A stretch of DNA of 64,000 bases from positions 62,001 through 126,000 of the forward strand of contig JAVKOQ020000018.1 of assembly GCA_031835245.2 (NCBI GenBank), given 5' to 3'. Every line of letters starts with the position of its first letter. Position 1 is the stretch's first letter. Positions 58,371-64,000 of the stretch are shown here, one piece after another. The DNA is from Balamuthia mandrillaris. Taxonomy: Eukaryota. The notes beneath the pieces were generated by a model. The model saw only the letters and a program-made list of their open reading frames with translations, was not told the DNA's origin and ran no database searches. A program made the position numbers and the translations under genes.

Positions 58371-60267
58371 ATGGAGGGAAGAGAACAGCAACAAAGAGAC
58401 AGGTTTCGTGGCTGTTTGTTGGGCTTAGCTGCGGGAGATGCGTTGGGCACCACTTTGGAGTTCTTGAAAGCCGACCCGGATCACCCTCTCACAGACATGG
58501 TTTTTTTTTTTCCCTCTCTTCTTTGCTTCAACCTGATCAGACGTCTGATATGTTGATGGGTGAACGTAAACTGAAACAAAGGTTGGCGGGGGGAAGTACG
58601 CGTTGATGGCTGGACAATGGACGGACGACACTTCCATGGCCCTCTGCCTGGCCGAAAGTTTGATCGAGTGCCGGGGGACGTTTGACCCTTGCGACCAACT
58701 TCGCCGCTACTGTCAATGGTTTCTTTCTCTCTCCTCTATGCTTGTGCTTCTCTTTCTCTCTTTTCTCCTTTACTTTCACCTCTCTTCACCGCTCTCATGC
58801 TCTTTTTATGTTCTCCTTCTTGTGTTACTCCTCTCTCTCTCTTCTATACTTGTCTTGGTGTTGCTCTATGCTTCTCTTTCTCTCCTTCTCTTTAACTTGC
58901 GCTTTCTCTCTCTCTCTCTCTCTCACTTGTCTCGCAAACAAAAGGTACAGGGAAGGTCACCTCAGCAGCAACGGCGAATGCTTCGACATTGGCATAACCA
59001 CCCGCATGAGCATGTTCGAGTTCGAGAAGACCGGCAACCCTTATCCTGCCTCCACGGGAGACAAGGCTCGTGCGGGCAACGGCTCGCTCATGCGTCTTTG
59101 TCCTGTCCCTCTCCTCCTCTTCTTTCTTGCTTCTTCTCCCTCCAACCAGGAAGAACAACGAATGAGGCTGTTGAAGACGGCGGAAGACTCCTCCAGGACG
59201 ACGCACGGAGCGCAAGCCTGTCTGGATGCATGCCGCTTCTATGCAGCTTTGTTGGTGGGAGCGTTACAACCCAACATCACCAAAGAGGAGCTCCTTTCCC
59301 CTTCCTTCTTCTCCTCTTTTCTCTCTTCTTCCACCGAAACAGCCGAGCAAGCGGAACGAAGCAAGTGGTTGACTCTTGTGCCAGAAGTGGAGGAAGTGGC
59401 AAACGGTTCCTACAAGCACAAGGAACCTCCGGAGGAGATCACTGGCAAAGGCTATGTCGTCTCCTCCCTGGAGGCCGCTCTTTGGGCCTTCCACAAGAGC
59501 AACAGCTTCGAGGAAGGAGCCTTGTTGGTGGCCAACCTGGGGGATGATGCCGACACCACCACCGCCATCTACGGCCAGGTGGCCGGGGCGTTCTATGGCG
59601 CGGAGGCCATTCCGGAGGGGTGGAGGAGGAAGCTGGCGTTGGCTCCGTTGATCGAGGCTTTTGCGGATGAGCTTTACTCGCTGTCCCAACAGCTGCGCGA
59701 CGGAGGTTCGTGTCGTGCGCTTCCTTCCTTCTGTCTTCATCTCACTTGTTGTTGCTGTTTGTCTCAGGAGAAGTGGTTCTGTCGGAGAACTACCGGGCCG
59801 CACAAACGTGCTACCAGCTGTTGGAGAAAGGATGGCAACCCATCCAACGTCGCCTCACGCCCGGTCCGCGCATGTACACCAGCGTCACCTCCTTTTTGAA
59901 CGACGAGAGCCAGCTCAAGCAACATTACTTTGAGGCGCTCGCTTCCTCCTCATCGTCCCCTTTCGGAGATGCTCTTTGGCAGGACTTTGAGCATCGTTTT
60001 CGTTATGTGGAACAACAACTTCGAAACAGAACCGGAGAGGTGGTGAAGAAAGAGGAAGCGGAGCCTTCAACCGCTTCTTCTTTTCTTCCTCCCCCTCCTC
60101 CTGCTCCGCTTGCGCCTCCTCCGCTTCCGTTGATGAAGGATGGCGAGAAAGAAAAGGAAGAAGGGCGAGGACAGCTGCTGAGCGCTATCCAGGCGTTCAG
60201 CAAAGCCGGTCTCAGCAAAACGGAAACAAAAGATAAAAGCGGACTCATTCTTCCTGAAGACAATTAA
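58371..60267 (+). CDS. ADP-ribosylglycohydrolase (DraG/Tri1/ARH family) with C-terminal poly-Pro and WH2 motif
   Basis: [64 protein letters not shown]; in-frame splice 59706-59767 to tail ending PPPPPAP...[25 protein letters not shown]. Confidence 0.88.
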
Positions 60268-60749
60268 CATGTTTATGTAAATCAACACAAAATGAAAGGA
60301 AAGAGAGAGGATGTGGCACCAAAGTCTTTATAATCCTTGAGGCATTGGAGGGAGAGAAGAAGCAAAGAACTCCTTCTCCCCATCCTTAGAAAAAAACCAA
60401 GAATTCAGAATGACTGGCCTTATAAGTGTTTCAATATCCCCAAAACTAATAGCCCTCATCTTTGTAGGATGCTAAAAGCACAAAGATGGAGTTAATTGTC
60501 ATAATTGGGGGGTTGTTGAATGAAGAAGAGAAAGAAGTTCTTCTTTTTCAATCCCAAAAGATGGGTTAAAAAAACGGTTTTGAAGGCAAAGCTTTTCGCT
60601 CTGATTTTCGATTGTGGGAAACAAAATGAAAAGAAAAGAGAAGTGGAAACAGAAACAAGAAACAAGAAACAAGACAACAACAAACAACAAAATACGAGAC
60701 AAGGGAAGGAAGGAAGAAAGAGGATGACCCAAATATCAATGTTGGTAGT

Positions 60750-61898
60750 TTAAATAACGAAAGGAACAAGGATCCTTCGGTTGCGGGGGTAGTCACGGAA
60801 CTCCCTGAGGTAGGCCTTGTGCTTGCCTACAGCCCACACCCACATCTGACCAGCTCCCACCAAAGTGAAGAACACCGCTAATAAAGAGAACGAGAAATGA
60901 AAAAACAGGAGAGAAAAAGAAAAGGAGATTAAGAGAAAGGAGTAGGACACAAAAGAAACAATGAATAAACTGCACAATAATAAGCAAAAGAAAAGCATAC
61001 CAGCAAGCGTTTGAGTCATGATGCTGAAGGAGATCCATGCGGCAATCTCACAGGTGTAATTGGGGCAAGAGACAAACTCGAAGAGGAAGCCACGTGGGAT
61101 AGCCCTCACTCTTGTGCCTGGTGGCCTCAAGTTGCGGAGGATTATGTGGCAGTACAAGTTACCTAACTCAAACAACTAAAGGTAGGATAAACGAAAGATC
61201 AGAAGATTCGGTTTAAACAAAATAAAAAATAAGCACACCATGCGATAAACATGACAAATAAAACAAAACATTACAAATACAAACACAAACACAAACACAA
61301 ACAGCAAAGGCAAGGCAAACGTAAAACACAAGGAAGAGAACGGATTCACGTACAACGAAGCAAGCGAGGCCAGCATAAAACTGAGTGGAAGAGGGAGGAG
61401 TGTAGAGAGGGTGGTTCACAAAGTAGCCGACCAAGGCACCAGCACCCCAATAATAACCGCTGTTCTTGAAGATGTTGAGCAGCGGCATTGTGCCCTTGCT
61501 GAAGCGATGCACAAAGATGGTCTCCAACTCACGTTTCAGGTAGTGACCGACCCAACAAGCACATGCCACTCTTTAAAGGAAAAGGAATAATACCAGGATA
61601 AGAATATGTAAAAGAACGAAGAAGATGAAGAAAAGAACAAGAAGAACAACGAAGAAGGCAAGCAGAAGCAGAAAAAGAAAGAACATAGAATAAACAAAGG
61701 AAAAAACAGTACTGGGCTTCAAAGGTCATGGGGGTAGAGGCCAGGTCGCCATAAACGAACCAAGGGCGCAAGTAGAAGAACAAGTAGATGAGCAACGGGC
61801 CGGCGTACTCCACCATGAACACCTTTTTTTTGTTTTTGGGAGGAGAAAACACATAGAAGCGTTACCATTATGTTTTACGAAACTAAGAAGAGACAGAA

Positions 61899-61958
<60 letters not shown>

Positions 61959-62522
61959 CGGACGTACAGTGGACCAACCGACTTGAGGACCCAAATCCTT
62001 GAAAACGATAGTGTTCGGTTTTTTGCCGGTGCAAAGGCCGTAGTGAGACAACGTCTTGTCATTGTCCAAGGAAACAGGGCGAGTCCCTTTTATTTAATCA
62101 AAAAGCATGATTAATCCAAGAGCGCTTTAGAGGAGGACGAATACAGTGAAGAGAAATAACAGAGAAGAAAGGAGCAAAGCAAGAAGAGAAGGAAAAAGAA
62201 AAAAAAAACGGGGAGCTGGGCAAAAAACCTTGTTCAGCGGGAAGGGTCAACCTCTGCCTAGCGGGATACTTGCCAGGAACTGTTTTTGCAAAAAGGAAGA
62301 AGTGATATTTGTATCATAAAAAATATCCAATCCATCGAAAATCAAAAAAATAATGGGGCCGCTGCTTGCTTGAAACGATTTTTTAAAAATAAAATATTAA
62401 AAGGGATACGAACGTAGTTTGGCCAAACGCTCCTTTACAGCGAGGACAGTGTCGTTGCCAGACACATCAATCACCTTCAAGGTCTTTCCGCGCTGATTCA
62501 CCACCGTCAGTTGTTCGGTCAT
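60750..62522 (-). CDS. TECR: Very-long-chain enoyl-CoA reductase (TSC13/TECR), multi-exon
   Basis: [65 protein letters not shown]. Confidence 0.93.
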
Positions 62523-62622
62523 CGTTGCTGCTCCCGCTACTTTTTTCCTCGGCACAAATAAACACCGGCAGGTCGACATGAGCAAACATCAGCTGCAGAC
62601 GTCAGCCGGCTTGAACTGTCCG

Positions 62623-62630
62623 TGTCGACA
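62623..62630. promoter_or_regulatory. TGTCGACA palindromic promoter motif (representative of 7 exact copies)
   Basis: Exact copies at 944, 18529, 24713, 26172, 26215, 50314, 62623, all in short intergenic regions upstream of start codons. Confidence 0.65.
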
Positions 62631-62699
62631 TTAAACGATCTACTAGGGAACCAATCTACCAATAATTTTCAAACCACCAATCAAAAATCAAAGTTTTTG

Positions 62700-63000
62700 C
62701 CGTAACTTGCCTTATAAAGGTTACTCATTTAACCCGGTCAAACTTTTCAAATATTTTTCAGTTAATCCAAAACTATCGATGAAAATATCTTTGCTGACCA
62801 CTGCTCCTAAGGCGGCGCCAAGATCAAGCCGATCCATGGGACAACGAAAATAAAGCAAAATTAGTAAAAGGAAAACAAAAAACAGAGAAACAAAAAATAA
62901 CCCACCTCCGGCGTGCCTAATCACGGCTTGTCTTACGACTCGCTATAAGCAACGGTGCCGGCACCAAAGCAACCTTACCGCCTACCGCCCCCTCACAGAG
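62700..63000 (-). ncRNA. Candidate Fanzor omegaRNA scaffold
   Basis: Directly 3' of and overlapping the Fanzor stop; nested complementary pairs 62978-62983/62810-62815 and 62924-62930/62825-62831, plus small hairpins including GUC-GUAA-GAC; boundaries are inferred. Confidence 0.5.
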
Positions 63001-64000
63001 GAGGAGGAGGAGGTGGTAAGTGCTTGCAACGTAAAAAAGCGGATCAAGATGTTTCGGGCGGCGTTGGCATCTCGATCCGCCTGGTAGCCACACTCGGGTT
63101 GAGGGCACCGAAAGGTCTTGTTTCCCCCCAACTGGTGGTGGACTTGGCCGCACTTGCCGCAGGTCTTGCACTTGCCGCAGGTCTTGGAGGTGTATTCCTC
63201 ATCGCAGAGGCAGACCGTACAGGACGGAAATTGCTGGGCCTTGTTGAGGAGCCTCTGCCTGAAGCGATAGTGGGACCAGGTCAGCATGGCTCTGGCCGTT
63301 CGCGAGCCAATGCGGCGGTGGCCTCGCCGCACCATCTGCTGGCTCCTGAACTCTGGCAGAAGGATGAGGGAGAAGTTCCTGACCAACCAAAACACGAGCT
63401 TCTTGTGGAGGTCATCCACCAGGTTGCGGATCCTCTGGCGAAGCCGAGCAGCGGCCCTTCGGAGACGGCGCCGTTGCCTGTGGTTGCCCTTGGTGCCCTT
63501 ACTCTGCATGCGATCCAGGCGGTGGCACAGCTTGCCTATCTCGTTGATGTCCGCTTTGCCCCACTCGGTGACCTCCCCGCAGCCGTTGTAGGTGGTCATG
63601 AATGTGCGCACTCCTGGATCCAAGGCGATGATGCCTGCCTCTCTCCTTCGGTGCTCACGGGCTTGGCTCTCACCCATGAGCTTCAAAGGCTGAGGCACAC
63701 AGAGGTAGTAATGGCCCAGTCGAGTGTCTTTCACCAGACGAACGGCATAGAGCACCTCCGACGGAACTTTGTAGTTCTTGTCCCTCGCTTTGATTCGCGC
63801 CTCCCCGAAGAAGAGTTGGCGGATGGACTTGCTGTGGTTCCACTCCCTGGCTTGGATGCTGAGAGACTGGCTCTTGTCCTTCCGACCACGGAACTTCATC
63901 TTGAATCCAGTCCTGCCCGCCGCCAAGCTGGTTTTCACGCCGTTGAAGAAATCATCGACAGCGTCACTGCGAATGTATCGAGGAGTTTCCAACACCCACG
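62982..64000 (-). CDS. Fanzor2 / IS607-TnpB-family RNA-guided endonuclease (5'-truncated by window edge)
   Basis: ETPRYIRSDAVDDF...FKMKFRGRK; RuvC-I IALDPGVRTF; bridge helix RLRQRIRNLVDDLHKK; LILLPEF; WSHYRFRQRL; DEEYTSKTCGKC...FRCPQPECG zinc finger; RuvC-III DRDANAARNI; frame open to the window end. Confidence 0.93.
   Translation of the reverse strand, partial: WVLETPRYIRSDAVDDFFNGVKTSLAAGRTGFKMKFRGRKDKSQSLSIQAREWNHSKSIRQLFFGEARIKARDKNYKVPSEVLYAVRLVKDTRLGHYYLCVPQPLKLMGESQAREHRRREAGIIALDPGVRTFMTTYNGCGEVTEWGKADINEIGKLCHRLDRMQSKGTKGNHRQRRRLRRAAARLRQRIRNLVDDLHKKLVFWLVRNFSLILLPEFRSQQMVRRGHRRIGSRTARAMLTWSHYRFRQRLLNKAQQFPSCTVCLCDEEYTSKTCGKCKTCGKCGQVHHQLGGNKTFRCPQPECGYQADRDANAARNILIRFFTLQALTTSSSSSVRGR

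Larger units (their letters stand above)
62700..64000 (-). mobile_element. Right part of an IS607-like Fanzor2 transposon
   Basis: Intronless TnpB-like ORF in an intron-rich genome; candidate GG-ending right ends at about 62734 (aaagtttgaccGG) or 62700 (aagttacGG); left end outside window. Confidence 0.6.

Noticed and set aside
63000..64000. Cas12/type V CRISPR effector, or IS607 TnpA in window
   Set aside because: Motifs are TnpB/Fanzor2-type with no CRISPR array; no serine-recombinase motif is visible, and it would lie beyond the window edge if present

Overview
Gene-dense, intron-rich eukaryotic DNA with microsatellite-filled introns. It is most likely a free-living amoeba of the Acanthamoeba/Balamuthia type, inferred from the actin N-terminus [15 protein letters not shown], the amoebozoan ComC-type surface protein and giant-virus-like ankyrin genes. 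About 28 protein genes are recognisable: RPC11, PARL-type rhomboid, actin, GRAM/VASt sterol transporter, Arf, NOMO, RhoGAP, MATE, two tandem monoacylglycerol lipases, MFS, RUS1, DsbA/FrnE, ADP-ribosylglycohydrolase, TECR and others. There is also one tRNA-Leu(AAG) and a decayed accessory block at about 31.9-43.3 kb. The main highlight is a Fanzor2/IS607-TnpB-type RNA-guided nuclease running off the right edge, with intact RuvC motifs, a duplicated zinc knuckle, and a structured downstream region consistent with its omegaRNA and transposon right end. Other highlights are an ADP-ribosylhydrolase fused to a poly-Pro+WH2 actin-binding tail, a rhomboid-MORN fusion, a DUF3616-like bacterial-type gene with introns, a MITE-like insertion splitting a SAP domain, a micro-exon-like tandem array, and a palindromic TGTCGACA motif found only in promoters. 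Multi-exon gene boundaries were inferred by eye from GT-AG sites. Family assignments come from motif recognition, not database searches.
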